Shown piece after piece: positions 63,685 through 64,000 of a DNA stretch of 64,000 nt. The notes beneath the pieces are model-generated. The model was not told the DNA's origin. It made no database searches and saw nothing but the letters and a program-made list of their open reading frames with translations. Position 1 is the first letter of the stretch. The number at the start of each line of letters is the position of its first letter. Origin of the DNA: Mobula hypostoma (taxonomy: Eukaryota); the NCBI RefSeq assembly GCF_963921235.1, contig NC_086097.1, positions 101,062,001 to 101,126,000 on the forward strand, read 5' to 3'. The position numbers and the translations under genes were made by a program.

Positions 63685-64000
63685 TCACTCAACATCTCTC
63701 TCTATATTAGCAAAACTAAACAGCTGATTATTGACTTCAAGAGGAAGAAGTCAAAGGTCCATGAGCCAATCCTCATTAGAGGATCAGAGTTGGAGAGGGT
63801 CAGTAGTTTTAAATTCCTTGCTGTTATCATATAAGAGGATTTATCTTGGAACCAGCAAGTAAGTGTCATCACAAAGGTGCCCCTACTTTCTTAAAAATTT
63901 GCATAGATTGAGCATATCTTCTAAAATGTTGACAAACTTCTACAGGTGGAGTGCACAGTATCTTGATTGGTTGCATCACAGTCTGGTATGGAAACAGCAA
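63685..64000 (+). mobile_element. Rex1/Babar-type fragment running off the window
   Basis: SKTKQLIIDFKR...ERVSSFKFL, homologous to 60756-61310. Confidence 0.8.

Overview
Eukaryotic, repeat-saturated DNA. The repeat mix (CR1 LINEs with esterase ORF1, Penelope-like elements (PLEs) with GIY-YIG, Rex1/Babar LINEs, V-SINEs, hAT and Tigger-like DNA transposons, one Gypsy relic) suggests a cartilaginous fish; that is inference. Most of the window is nested, mostly broken retroelements, and almost all long ORFs in the track are their fragments or antisense shadows. There are no prokaryotic systems, CRISPR arrays or rRNA genes. What the ORF track misses: (1) a chain of tiny minus-strand GT-AG exons (31, 39, 37, 55 nt, possibly also 14 nt) that splice in phase into one open peptide of a host gene I cannot identify; (2) seven minimal hammerhead-ribozyme motifs carried by PLEs, including a 261-bp TSD-flanked insertion that is a 98-bp-arm hairpin with one hammerhead on each strand; (3) a PLE whose 5' junction reiterates an internal 61-nt segment about 2.4 times, resembling repeated template jumping; (4) a PLE with an open 723-aa RT+GIY-YIG ORF; (5) multi-level nesting and duplicated CR1 promoter modules. 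Boundaries of old repeats are approximate; TSDs, exons and ribozyme coordinates were counted by hand.
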